Shown piece after piece: positions 24,925 to 38,384 of a stretch of DNA of 64,000 bases (positions are counted from its first letter, which is position 1; each line of letters starts with the position of its first letter). The DNA is from Ylistrum balloti (Eukaryota). The DNA lies in assembly GCF_031769215.1 (NCBI RefSeq), contig NW_026782145.1:682001-746000 (forward strand), written 5' to 3'. The notes beneath the pieces are model-generated. The model was not told the origin of the DNA. It made no database searches and saw only the letters and a list, made by a program, of their open reading frames with translations. Position numbers and translations under genes: made by a program.

Positions 24925-26765
24925 TCAGACTTGTTATATCTGTAGCCAGGCTGTTCTACACTCAGACATGTTATAGCTGTAGCCAGACTGTTCTACACTC
25001 AGACATGTTATAGCTGTAGCCAGGCTGTTCTACACTCAGACTTGTTGTAGCTGTAGCCAGGCTGTTCTACACTCAGACATGTTATATCTGTAGCCAGGCT
25101 GTTCTACACTCAGACATGTTATAGCTGTAGCCAGGCTGTTCTACACTCAGACATGTTATAGCTGTAGCCAGGCTGTTCTACACTCAGACTTGTTGTAGCT
25201 GTAGCCAGGCTGTTCTACACTCAGACTTGTTGTAGCTGTAGCCAGGCTTACCTAACCCTCAGACTTGTTATAGCTGTAGCCAGGCTGTTCTATCATTTCT
25301 TACCTAACACTCAGACTTGTTATAGCTGTAGCCAGGCTGTTCTATCATTTCTTACCTAACACTCAGACTTGTTATAGCTGTAGCCAGGCTGTTCTACACT
25401 CAGACATGTTATAGCTGTAGCCAGGCTGTTCTATCATTTCTTACCCAACACTCAGATATGTTATAGCTGTAGCCAGGCTGTTCTACCATTTCTTACCTAA
25501 CACTCAGACATGTTATAGCTGTAGCCAGGCTGTTCTATCATTTCTTACCTAACACTCAGACATGTTATAGCTGTAGCCAGGCTGTTCTACACTCAGACAT
25601 GTTATAGCTGTAGCCAGGCTGTTCTATCATTTCTTACCTAACACTCAGACATGTTATAGCTGTAGCCAGGCTGTTCTACACTCAGACATGTTATAGCTGT
25701 AGCCAGGCTGTTCTATCATTTCTTACCCAACACTCAGACATGTTATAGCTGTAGCCAGGCTGTTCTACCATTTCTTACCTAACACTCAGACATGTTATAG
25801 CTGTAGCCAGGCTGTTCTATCATTTCTTACCTAACACTCAGACTTGTTATAGCTGTAGCCAGGATGTTCTATCATTTCTTACCTAACACTCAGACATGTT
25901 ATAGCTGTAGCCAGGCTGTTCTATCATTTCTTACCCAACACTCAGACATGTTATAGCTGTAGCCAGGCTGTTCTATCATTTCTTACCCAACACTCAGACA
26001 TGTTATAGCTGTAGCCAGGCTGTTCTACCATTTCTTACCTAACACGCAGACATGTTATAGCTGTAGCCAGGCTGTTCTATCATTTCTTACCCAACACTCA
26101 GACATGTTATAGCTGTAGCCAGGCTGTTCTATCATTTCTTACCTAACACTCAGACTTGTTATAGCTGTAGCCAGGCTGTTCTATCATTTCTTACCTAACA
26201 CTCAGACTTGTTATAGCTGTAGCCAGGCTGTTCTACCATTTCTTACCCAACACTCAGACATGTTATAGCTGTAGCCAAGCTGTTCTATCATTTCTTACCC
26301 AACACTCAGACATGTTATAGCTGTAGCCAGGCTGTTCTATCATTTCTTACCTAACACTCAGACTTGTTATAGCTGTAGCCAGGCTGTTCTATCATTTCTT
26401 ACCCAACACTCAGACATGTTATAGCTGTAGCCAGGCTGTTCTATCATTTCTTACCTAACACTCAGACATGTTATAGCTGTAGCCAGGATGTTCTATCATT
26501 TCTTACCCAACACTCAGACATGTTATAGCTGTAGCCAGGCTGTTCTATCATTTCTTACCCAACACTCAGACATGTTATAGCTGTAGCCAGGCTGTTCTAT
26601 CATTTCTTACCTAACACGCAGACATGTTATAGCTGTAGCCAGGCTGTTCTATCATTTCTTACCCAACACTCAGACATGTTATAGCTGTAGCCAGGCTGTT
26701 CTATCATTTCTTACCTAACACTCAGACTTGTTATAGCTGTAGCCAGGCTGTTCTATCATTTCTTG
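24925..26765. repeat. Minisatellite with 37-bp and 52-bp unit variants, about 38 copies
   Basis: Period 37 at 24961/24998; period 52 at 25941/25993. Confidence 0.96.
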
Positions 26766-26799
26766 TTTTTATAGCTATAGGGTCCACCCCTATACTCAT

Positions 26800-27033
26800 A
26801 GCTAGGTCCCAATATATACCAGTAATACCCCATCACGATATTGCCAAGCTCCCCCCACATACAGGTCCCAATATATACCAGTAATACCCCATCACGATAT
26901 TGCCAAGCTCCCCCCAAACATACAGGTCCCAATATATACCAGTATTACCCCATCATGATATTGCCAAGCTCCCCCACATACAGGTCCCAATATATACCAG
27001 TAATACCCCATCACAATATCGGCTAAGCCCCCC
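26800..27033. repeat. About 60-bp tandem repeat, 4 copies
   Basis: aggtcccaatatataccagta recurs from about 26802, 26862, 26923 and 26981. Confidence 0.9.
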
Positions 27034-29439
27034 TACACTTTTAACAGAAGTTGTAATTAAGTGATTCATTAACATACTAGGTCAGATCTTTATATCTGGG
27101 CGTGTTCCATGTGGTCCTATTAAGCAAACAAGCCTGCATGCTGACAGTGCTGAGCTGACCTAACCTACAAATTAATTCAGATGGTCTCTGATCACTCCTA
27201 TCTACATTTGGTTTTTACCTTGTTATCTTTTTCCATTTGTAGTTTTTATCACTGATAGACTAATAACAGATACTCGATAGACCAACATATAAAATCATTG
27301 GAGTCTATGTTAGCAAGAAATTCACCACTTAGCTACCCAAATTATTCCCAAAATTCTATCAAGAGTTTTTTTTAAAAGCTATTATCATTTAGAATGACAC
27401 ATATTCACTAACTCTTCCCCCCAAAAATTTTTTTTGAAAAAGCCTTGATTTGTAGCAGAATTTGGGATTCATAGTTCTAATTCAATACTTCAGATAAATG
27501 TATTACTGTTGTAATAACCAACACAGAGATTCGCTGTGGGGGGGGGGGGGGGGGGGCCACAGATAACATATTCTATCATACAATTAATGGGGAAAAGATT
27601 TGTCCTATCTTTAATGATACCAAGCTGAAGGTACTGAATTTATCAAAGTGAATGACATTTTGTTTTATCCCCGGTCTAGATCTGATAGTCTATCCTTCTG
27701 TGTGATTACTTCAAGGATGTAGACAACGTTCAAAACTCATTGTAAACCAAACCTCAGAAACATCACACTTTTACAAGATATTTTATAAAGGAAACACATT
27801 ATACAGAAAGCATCATTATGGTAGATATTCCTTTAGTTATCAGTTATATATCAGCACTTGAAATGCAATCTACATCAGTGTAAAACTCTCACACAGATTC
27901 TGAGGGTAAAAAAAACATCATCTTATATACTTTCACGTAACCACACTTTAAAATTTTGCTGAATTGTCCTAAAACTATTTATTAGGAGTTAAGTTATTGG
28001 ATTTTGTCAAAAAGGTTATATAAATGGATGACCTAGACTTATGACAAAGCAAAAAATACTTTTTCATTTCAACAGTTCATAAAATGTTGACATGACATAC
28101 CATACTTTTTCAATATTTTGATGAAACAATATGATACACATTCCAATTTACCAGAAATCTTACATGCACATTTTCTAAACCATTTTTTTTTAATAAAAAT
28201 GTTGAAGTTTTATGTTTTAAAGAAGTACCTGTGACTATACCTGAGTGCGCATTATACCAGCAAATTTACGGTATATTTTACTCAAGAGTCTTTCATGCAA
28301 AAATAAGAACGATGTATCTTTTTTTCTGAATAGAGCCCGAAACAAAGTTATGTAATAGCTAGAGATGAGACTTGTGGTTTCCTGTGGGAGGTAACCTCTG
28401 TAGTGTATACCTTTAATTATTTAGTTTATATAACACATTATAATAAACTGTGATTTGATACACAAGAAAATTGTAAAACCTGATACAGTGTAATCTTAAA
28501 ATGAGTTATTTATCAAAGAAACAGAATATGTTCATTTTTTAAACAGAGATGCTACATATTATGATAGCTCCTTATATAAGTAACACATGTCTACCATAAT
28601 TTAGCGTGATAGGTGGCCTCCAATTGGTATTGTCCCTGCTACGTTTTTGTACCCTGACACATAAATGTGCCAAGACGCATATTTCTGTCGAGGCCAAAAG
28701 GCTATTTAACATGATGGAGGCGAACCCTATACTAATTGGACTAGACAAATGAGGGGCACCCAGCACCATAAACTACTCTATACTCTGATTTTGATATCTA
28801 AAACTGAGAATAGTCTACATCTGCCATGTATGATATAATGTATTTGAACAATAACAATACTCACCTTTTAATAAGTTTTAAGCATTCTGTGTGGATATGT
28901 TTGGATTTAACAGATTTTGATGTAAACTTAAATTTTTTCATCAAAAGAATTGCCAGTAAAAACAATAGTTGATACAGGTCATGGTAATTAGAATATTGAA
29001 GTAATAATAACAGAGAGTGGCCGAGCATCTAATTTGTGTCAGAGCTAGGATTTGTGTACCATGTAGTAGCCAGAGCAGGATAAGTCGGATACTAAAGTTA
29101 GCCAGGATATACTATTAAAAATCAGACTTTCCCTTGAAGAATATAATGATATTTTGGCAATGGTAAGATCAGAGAGATCAGTGTTAAATTCATTTTATCC
29201 AGAATATACTGTAGTAAAAATTTAGGTTGAGGGATAAATAATGTCTTACTTGTGTCTGAGTTTGTTTGCCAAGGTGTAGGGGGAGCCCTGTGTGATATTC
29301 AGTTTAACTAGTTGAACTAAAGTAAAGTTTTATTTTTTTTTATTCTTATGTAGTCTGAACTCGTGTGCCACATGTAAGCTTGGAGGAAGCCCTGTGTCAT
29401 ATTCAGTTAAGCCAAGTTTCACTGTAGTAAAAGTCTTAC

Positions 29440-29589
29440 TTGTGTCCGAGCTCATGTGCCACGGTGTAGGCTAGGGGAAGCCCTGTGTCCTCATTGATAT
29501 TACAGGATTTGTGAGGTAGACAGATCCCGGGAACCTGAGCAAGCCCCAATGTGCTGCACGGCTCATTCATACGTGAACAGATGTTGATT
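29440..29589 (-). CDS. ADAMTS7/12: Catalytic exon with first half of zinc-binding motif ([17 protein letters not shown]...[22 protein letters not shown])
   Basis: cag|/|gtaag boundaries; 150 nt; HELGH motif with catalytic Glu intact. Confidence 0.97.
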
Positions 29590-30960
29590 CTGTGGGTATA
29601 AGGAAACAATTCTTATGTAACAGAAATATGTACTTTAGTATCCGTGTCAGAAGGCTAGAAAATCTGTCAAATTCCAACACTAACCCAGATATACTTCAGA
29701 TTCTGGGTCAAGGGTTCACTTGACCTTGAAAATAACCTTGAAATACAGCTGGGGTATAAACACCATTAACCCATGTAAAGCTTATTTGAAAAATAACGGT
29801 AGACATGGATACATGATTTTGGTCCTTCACATACAAAAAATTTGAATTATGCTTCAACTCGGTTGAAAGTCAAAAGACTTGTACGTCCAGTTATCACTTA
29901 ATTGTGAATACAATAAAATCTACACACAATGTCTAATAGATAACACACTGTCAAATGTTACTTACGAATTTCCAGGAGAAATAATGTTTTCACTTATTTT
30001 CATTTTATCTGTTTTCTTAAATGAAAGTGATCCATCAAAATATTGAAAACCCCCTGGATTAAAACCTATCATTGAATTTTTTTATAATCAAAGCATTAGA
30101 GAATAAATCAAATAAAAGCATTGAATGAAGTCCAAAAATAAGTACAGATGACACGTTAATAGATGCCCGCAGTGGTAGCGACCAATAATCACAAAAATAT
30201 ATGTAATGTTGCCAAATTCACTGCACTTGAGATAGCAGTACAAACGGCTGAAAGACATATATGTACCATCAACATGCAGCTCACATCTGTTTGTGAGATA
30301 TCACTCCTGAGATCCCAAAACCTACAAACTTTGACACACGGCATTGTGCTGGTGTATAGTTAGGCAATATAATTCTACATCACCAAATAATCATACTCTG
30401 TTATATTTACAATGGAAAACCATCCTAGAAATATTTTCAATTGTAATCAATTAAAATGGCCTCAAACTTCTGGCATGGTTTTTTTTATTGTGGCAAAATG
30501 GAAGGCCTATTAATCCCAAGCACTGCCAAAACTCACTTGAACACTGAAAAACGAGGACGAGGGTATCTTTAGTTGGAAATGTTATTACAGGTCTGTATAA
30601 AACATATATGACGAGTGAAAAATGCTTCAGATGTAGAAGAAAAGGCAATTTAATTTTCTCTTTCATTTCTTTAATTTGGCAATAGCTAAATGACTACTTC
30701 AGTTTCATCACAATCTAAGCATGTTTTTGTGGTGATTACTCTACACTTTAAACACACTTGTACTTCTCTCCTGAAATAGGTTTTCAGTAGTTTACAAAAT
30801 CTACTATAAAATCAGATATTTTCACAATTTGTGGACATGTGAATTTGTGGATTAAGCAATCAAGGATCCCTAAAATCAGCAAAAATGAAATACCCACAAG
30901 AATTAAGGATTTTATAGTAGGATCTCCTTAATCATAATGAGAGCTCCTCATATGACTCAC

Positions 30961-31085
30961 CTGGTAAGAAGTATGGCTACATCATGGTGGTTAGGATGGT
31001 CGTCATCTTTAAAATTCATTTTTTTCTGCCACTTACAAAAACTTCTCAGGGATTTATCTGCATGATGAGTCAGCTTCAAATCCTC
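30961..31085 (-). CDS. ADAMTS7/12: Catalytic domain exon ([20 protein letters not shown]...[10 protein letters not shown])
   Basis: cacag|/|gtgagt boundaries; 125 nt; SFCKWQ and [10 protein letters not shown] motifs. Confidence 0.96.
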
Positions 31086-31317
31086 CTGTGATGAAAAAAA
31101 CACAGTTTATCTCTTCTTCGCTCTTTTATATCTTATTCGTTTTCTGTCTTTGCTTTGAAGTAGGATTATGAAACATTGCTAAAACAGCATTTTACCTCAG
31201 CATTTGATCAACATTTTCATTACAAAGACTGACAGAAACCATTAATCTAAAATGACAGCCATCAGCATATCAATAGTGTTAAATACCTTGGAATAAACCT
31301 CTTGGATGTTCAGAAAC

Positions 31318-32165
31318 ATAGGACAGTTTATGGATCATCTATACTTTAGATACCTAGGCCACATAGGATAGTTTATGTATCATCTATACTTTAGACACCT
31401 AGGCCACATAGGATAGTTCATGGATCATCTATACTTAAGACACCTAGGCCACTTAGGATAGTTCATGTATCATCTATACTTTAGACACCTAGGCCACATA
31501 GGATAGTTTATGGATCATCTATACTTTAGACACCTAGGCCACTTAAGACAGTTTATGGATCATCTATACTTTAGACACCTAGGCCACTTAGGACAGTTTA
31601 TGGATTATCTATACTTTAGACACCTAGGCCACTTAGGATAGTTTATGTATCATCTATACTTTAGACACCTAGGCCACATAGGATAGTTTATGTATCATCT
31701 ATACTTTAGACACCTAGGCCACTTAGGATAGTTCATGTATCATCTATACTTTAGACACCTAGGCCACATAGGATAGTTTATGTATCATCTATACTTTAGA
31801 TACCTAGGCCACTTAGGATAGTTCATGTATCATCTATACTTTAGACACCTAGGCCACATAGGATAGTTTATGTATCATCTATACTTTAGATACCTAGGCC
31901 ACTTAGGATAGTTCATGTATCATCTATACTTTAGACACCTAGGCCACATAGGATAGTTTATGTATCATCTATACTTTAGATACCTAGGCCACTTAGGATA
32001 GTTCATGTATCATCTATACTTTAGACACCTAGGCCACTTAGGACAGTTCATGGATCATCTATACTTGAGACACCTAGGCCACATAGGATAGTTTATGTAT
32101 CATCTATACTTAAGACACCTAGGCCACTATGGACAGTTCATGTATCATCTATACTTTAGACACCT
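31318..32165. repeat. 45-bp minisatellite, about 19 copies, partly a 90-bp dimer
   Basis: ggatagtttatgtatcatctatactttagacacctaggccacata; alternating cata/ttta and ctta/ttca variants. Confidence 0.95.
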
Positions 32166-32254
32166 ATTGTATTACAATAAGCCCAGAGATGATGTTTGCT
32201 GTTCTCTAACAATAGTTTGTGTTTCATAGAAAGCTCAGAAATGGACCCATCACT

Positions 32255-32385
32255 GCTGATGTGGTTGCAACCTTGGGTAAGACACTTTACCCAAACAGAT
32301 CTCCTGCATGTTGTTCGGTAAGATAGCCACCAGCTGCTACCAGGAATCTCGACTCAAAATGACCCTGTCTGCTCATGTTCATGGA
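32255..32385 (+). mobile_element. SINE relic
   Basis: ccttgggtaagacactttaccc core and aaatgaccct motif, shared with 6070-6240. Confidence 0.5.
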
Positions 32386-32564
32386 GAAAAAAACCCACAG
32401 AGCCCAGACATCCCCTAGGGATTAATATGAAGGGGAGGGAAGTTTGGACTTGTACTTGTTGTAAATGTTAGCTGTATTAGCTAAAGCTGTGGGTTTCATT
32501 ATCAGTAGGCATGGACTTCCGGAGGTGTAAATACAGTAAATAACTGATCTTATTTCAGAACAAC

Positions 32565-33125
32565 AACAATGACCAATGGTCATAGCGATATCAATGAGTG
32601 TTGACCAGAGCTATAACAATGACCAATGGTCATAGCGATATCAATGAGTGTTGACCAGAGCTATAACAATGACCAATGGTCATAGCGATATCAATGAGTG
32701 TTGACCAGAGCTATAACAATGACCAATGGTCATAGCGATATCAATGAGTGTTGACCAGAGCTATAACAATGACCAATGGTCATAGCGATATCAATGAGTG
32801 TTGACCAGAGCTATAACAATGACCAATGGTCATAGCGATATCAATGAGTGTTGACCAGAGCTATAACAATGACCAATGGTCATAGCAATATCAATGAGTG
32901 TTGACCAGAGCTAGAACAATGACCAATGGTAAAAGTGACAACAGTGACCGTTGGTCAAAGAGATATTGATGACCACTGGTAAAAGTAACAACAATGAACA
33001 ATGATCTGTTTGTAATCAATGACCATTGTCTGAGTGACAACAATGTTCGTTGGTCAGAGTGATATCAATGAGCATATGCCAGAATGATATCAAAGAGTGT
33101 TGGTCAGAGTGATACCATTGGTGTC
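32565..33125. repeat. 50-bp minisatellite, about 7 near-perfect copies then decaying up to the exon donor at 33129
   Basis: catagcgatatcaatgagtgttgaccagagctataacaatgaccaatggt. Confidence 0.93.
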
Positions 33126-33129
33126 CTAC

Positions 33130-33213
33130 CTGTGGATCCTCAAGCAGCACCAGTCGAACCATCACAAGGTTGAGGGCGTTCCCAATAGAAGCTTCATGGA
33201 ATAGAGTCGCCAC
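33130..33213 (-). CDS. ADAMTS7/12: Catalytic domain exon (VATLFHEASIGNALNLVMVRLVLLEDPQ)
   Basis: cag|/|gtagga boundaries; 84 nt; typical ADAMTS catalytic segment. Confidence 0.95.
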
Positions 33214-36200
33214 CTGTAAACAGTAATATGTACAAAACTTTCTGACTAGCTAAGAAAGATCAAACCAACAGGAAAACAGCTAATGTTGAAGGAATACGAC
33301 AACAGATCTCAAAGAAGGCCCACATTTTGGCTCTAGGTACATAAACCCTAACTGCACACTATTTAACAAATAATACCATTCATTTTTCCTTCTTTTTACA
33401 ACATTGGCTATTAAGTACAAACAGATCACAAAATTTATCTTGTCATAATTTGTAGGTCTATTGAAAAACACATTAAACAATGTTCCCTTATTTAGAAATA
33501 AAAACTGTTTAGGTATAAATACCAGTATCTCATAACCTATAATTTATAATCTGGTTTGATTTACAAATCATCAGATAAATGCAAATGTTGTTTCCATGGT
33601 AATTGTTGTAAAAGAAGAAACCTTCTCTCTTCATTATATTGGCAACATTCCATGGTAAGTAATTTGCCTAGGATTTATGTATTATATGCCTGAAAAGTTT
33701 TATATAGCATTCAAATTCATTAGAAAACATTAAATTAGCATCTGGTAATATTAATTGACAGGGGCACCTGTTGTAGCCCTCTTATATATATTAATCCAAT
33801 TCATCATTGTAAGTAATTCAATATCTCAAACATTCCTCATCTGTCTAAGTTAGATACTTAAGCTTCTACCATATCCATATAACATATTCCTCAAATTTAT
33901 AACTTAAGGATACATATTCATCGATCAGATAAAATATTCTGGAGACTAAAATTATCACAAAATATGAAAATATGGAAGACATTCTGAATAAAATTGATTT
34001 TTTTTTTTATCCAAGCTGAGTAAAATCTTGATTCACTCTGCCCAGATGCCTTCCTCCACATAATTCTAACATCAATTTTTATTTGAACCAGACTGTAATT
34101 AGCATATAACTTTAACAGGTGTATGTTACACCTGGACTTAATTGTATGTAACGAAAAAATAGGAAGCACACCTGGACATCAACAATCATAATATGGAGAA
34201 AGAAGAATTAAGAAATTCTAAGAGACAATAGTGTGTACTAATTATTACCTATTTGTGTTAAAGGTCTGTAGCTTTACGCCTCAACTAATATTTCAATGCA
34301 ATTTTCTTTAAATTCCTTGTCAGAGAGTGGATAAGAACAACAATTTCTTTAAGAGTTCTCACTACGTAATGCTGATGTATCTCGACTACATCTAAGAAGG
34401 AAAGGTTAGCAATATTTTTTCACATACAATGTCTATTTCCTTGCACATGCAATCTTAACTCATTTCACCTTTGCCTTTGTCTTAATATAACTGACAACAC
34501 AATTCTAGGCTTAGATTTGCTGACAAGAAGATAACAAGACATCTTTAGTGTACAGGTAAAACATTAAGCTAGTATGACTCACAGGTATCAAGCATTTCCT
34601 TTTTTTACACAGAGAAATCACAATGGAGTCTATCAACACAAGTAACAACAGGAGATCTGGTTTTATATGAAGCAACAACAAAAGAACTCTTTCCAAAATC
34701 TTTAAATAAAATTATAAGTTTAAATACAATCTGTCCCTGATTTCATTGTACAAGTAAAATGCATAAAAAAGTAATTTACTGCCGAATAAACACAGACCTG
34801 TTTATAATGTCACGCAATTCCTGTTGAAAGATACATTTTATTTTCCTGTGATGGGATAATTTGGCACAAATGCACCAAGACGCACTACTGAACTAAATCC
34901 AATTTGGTGTGGTGAATAGGGCACACGTATTACATCTTTGAGTGTTTACATTGCAAAAAAAAAAAAAAAATTGAGGTCAAGTTATGGCAGAATTCCAAAT
35001 AAAATTTCTTTTTAATTCTTTTTGGTATACATAAAATAAATATTGATCAAAAGACAATTACTCTTGTGTTGTATAACAGCTATGTGGATAAGAGAGAGCA
35101 ATAACTCAAACACACAGATACACTAACATACAGGTAAATAGGCATGGACTCATGTGATAGCTAGACAGGTCATTAAAACCCACAGGGACAAGCTAAGTAA
35201 CATGCACATGTCATGCACTTATAAATACTTTAATAATTTTTCAATTACTCTAATTAGGACTAGTTTACATAAATCAATTAGCATAATTTTTGTATCATTA
35301 GACCTTGTACAGATTTTAAATTGTCACATATCATTGCCTCCTTTTTAAATTATCATCATGAATTTCACTTCACTATGTCATTTCATTACAAGGTGAATAT
35401 TATAGCTGTAATTGAAATGACACGTATGTATTGTGACAAGTAGCAATCATGTGTAAACAAACCTGCTCTCGACTGATAGCATCATTGTTTTTAAAGTTTT
35501 AAATTACAGACAAGAAACAGGTAAGCTGTAAATTGTCTATTATTACCATAGGTAAAATTACCCAGAACTTGATATACATGGGCAATTCAATTCCTTAATG
35601 AGAGTAGATCTGTAATGTCGTGGTGCATATGCTCTGTCAAGTTGATTTAATAGCAGGGTCAAGTTTTGAAAGATCACAACACATAAGTTCTTCCTTTTAC
35701 AGCTCACATAGTATGGCATAATCTCTTTACATTCCGCTGTCTGCTTGAATTTTCAACAGAAACATCTTGTTTTGAAAATAAGAAATTGTTCATTTGAAGA
35801 CGAGAGAATTTATCTTATACACCATTTGGTTTTGGGGAAGATTATTTTTTCTGTATAAAAGTCTAAATCTTTCAATCATTGCTTCTGACAGTTATGGTTC
35901 TGAAGAAGAATTAAAAGCAAAGAGAGTTAAAGGATGTCTATCTCTTCCTTCTTACTTCTGATTTTTAGGAAACACTAGATTTCAAAAGAGTTTAGGTTTT
36001 TGTTTGCAACTATGAAATCATTTTAAAAGTCCATGTTCAATTACATTACTACATGACTACCATTTTTATCATATATATCTAAATCTTGATAACAGCAACC
36101 GCTTATAATACCTATAATACAGAGAAATAAATATTTAAGGTTTAAGACAGTCCACTTTCCTTTCATTGCTATAAATAGTTCACATTTAATTAGAGAAATT

Positions 36201-37214
36201 TAACGCCAGTATGACAACCTACCGATGACCATTACCTGTAGTTATCACAGACTATATTTACTGGAAGAATTTCATGGCCATACAAAATTCTATGCTTTTT
36301 CTATGCAAAATTTTAAGTTAAGACTGTAAACTGTTTTTTTAATGCCTTCTGAAAACTGAGCCTAGGTATCTATTTTATTTATTTATAATAATATACCTTG
36401 TTTTGCCTATAAATTTCAACTGAATGTGTTACTGACATATTAGCTTTTGTGAAAAAACTCATTTTTCTGCCTGGCTTTTACAGGAAATGCACACAGCAGA
36501 TTTAACACAATTAATGTCAAATCCAATTTTCTGTTTAATTTAATGTTTTGTACAAAAAAACAAATTTCATTTAAAGCTTCTTGCAAGAAATGTGACAAAT
36601 GCTAGACTTTTCCCAAAAAACAGGTGATGGCCAGAATTTTAATTTCAAGACACTGTAAAACCCGAAATAAACCCTTACGCACATACATTTATAATTACCA
36701 ACAGCTGTACATGTTTTCAAATAGGTTTCTTTTCAACAGTTTAGACACAATAGAGGAAGTGGCGGTAGTGACATATCAATCAGTAATCGATCCTAAAACC
36801 ATTTACTTATGAAATTTACAGTGTGTTTTATTTGTCTCGTATTGCTTGCAATCATGATCTCATTGGAAAATATTCTAATTCTTTGTACAATAACCTTAAG
36901 TCAAATGTGTTTAAGACTTAGTATGCCTGGTGATTGGTTATCAAGTTCAAATGGACTCATGAAAACAAATTGTGGATAAATCACCACTCATTTAATTCTG
37001 AACTATTTTGTTGGCATTAGGCCATTCTAAATTACGAGTAAATTTTATCAAGACTACCCATTGAAGATTCTTACCAATCTGGAGGCATTTCTCAACAAGA
37101 AATAGGGAGACAAAATGATGAAATTTTCCCAACAAATCAAAAATTCTAAAACTATTAAAAGTAGAATTAATTTGTATCTACATTTTCTGACACTCAGTGC
37201 AGCTGTGTAAGTAC

Positions 37215-37411
37215 CATGTTCATGATGGTGAGGACGTAAGTCTTCACATCTTCATTTTTATAATATTCCACCATAGCTGGATCCACCACCACCATTGCCT
37301 CAATGTGACGCTCGATAGAAATTGACCGTTTCTTACGACTGTGAGCATGGCGATGTTTTTCTGCAGCACGATCGTAGTGTTCTTTATCCTCTTCTGATGG
37401 TCCATCCTCAC
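37215..37411 (-). CDS. ADAMTS7/12: End of prodomain, furin site RKKR and start of catalytic domain (SISIERHIEAMVVVD...YVLTIMNM)
   Basis: ttag| acceptor, |gtactt donor; 197 nt, phase 1 to 0; not in the ORF track, read from the reverse strand. Confidence 0.93.
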
Positions 37412-37744
37412 CTAACGGAGAAAGATTAAAAGAACAAAAACCACATTAGAAATAAAAGTTTTCAGATCAATATACAATTACTGTTTAAGTAAATCACGGA
37501 ACTTTATAAACAATTTGAATGATAAATTAACATGCATCAGAATTACACAAAAGTAAGAAAAAATCAGCATCAATTTCTAAGTTTACAAAATCTGTTTTTG
37601 ATGTCTTTGAACTACATGCATATCTAACAAATAAATATGTTTAAACAAATTGTTGAACACATTTTGTTTCCTTCAGCATTATCAATGTAGGAGAAATCAA
37701 TTAGAAAAGCAAAAACTACAGAAACACACAGAAGAATGAGTGGG

Positions 37745-37870
37745 TGATGGGGTGACGCAGAGTAACACACTTGCCTTTCACCTAGATGCTCTGGGTTTGA
37801 TTCCCAAAACGGATGTGTGTGTAAGACAACTTGCATGCTTTCATTCATACCAACAAGAGTGATTAATGTA
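37745..37870 (+). mobile_element. tRNA-derived SINE relic
   Basis: A-box-like ggtgacgcagag and B-box-like ggtttgattcc in a decayed tRNA-like head; no intact cloverleaf seen. Confidence 0.5.
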
Positions 37871-38384
37871 AGTTGGAAAAACTTGTTTCACAGTTGTTGT
37901 AGAATAAATAAAATTTAATTTAATTAATAGAATATATATTTTGAAACTTTCAATGTCTATTCTATCAAAAACTTTTCCAGGGATCTGAAGAAACCGCAGC
38001 TAAGAAATATTTTGAATTCTAATATTGACACTTTATAACAGGAGTATCGTCACCAATATATTTATAATAAATCAACCCAGTAACTGACACTGCTGATGAC
38101 TTCCCTTGACGTAAAAGTGTCTAAATAAAATACCCTCCTTATGAATGTCGCAAGTTCAAAGTGCTTCTCACCTCCCACTCGTAAAATGAAGAGCTCCTCT
38201 TGCTCCTAGACCTTGTAGTGATATACGAGGGTCAAAAGTACCATAAAAATGCTACCCCTCATACACGACAGACCAGGATATTCTACTTACATCTAGCACC
38301 GTCTTGTTCTTAATTTTTTCAGTACCAAGGATTTTTTGGCCATTTAACAGCCAATTGTTTCCTTAAAGGACTTGGTTAAACAGC

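Noticed and set aside
24925-26765. CRISPR-like appearance of the regular arrays (also 31.3, 38.4, 40.3 kb)
   Set aside because: Units are contiguous with no unique spacers, no cas genes are present, and the context is eukaryotic introns.
37745-37815. tRNA gene
   Set aside because: A and B boxes are degenerate and no cloverleaf could be folded; better explained as a SINE head.
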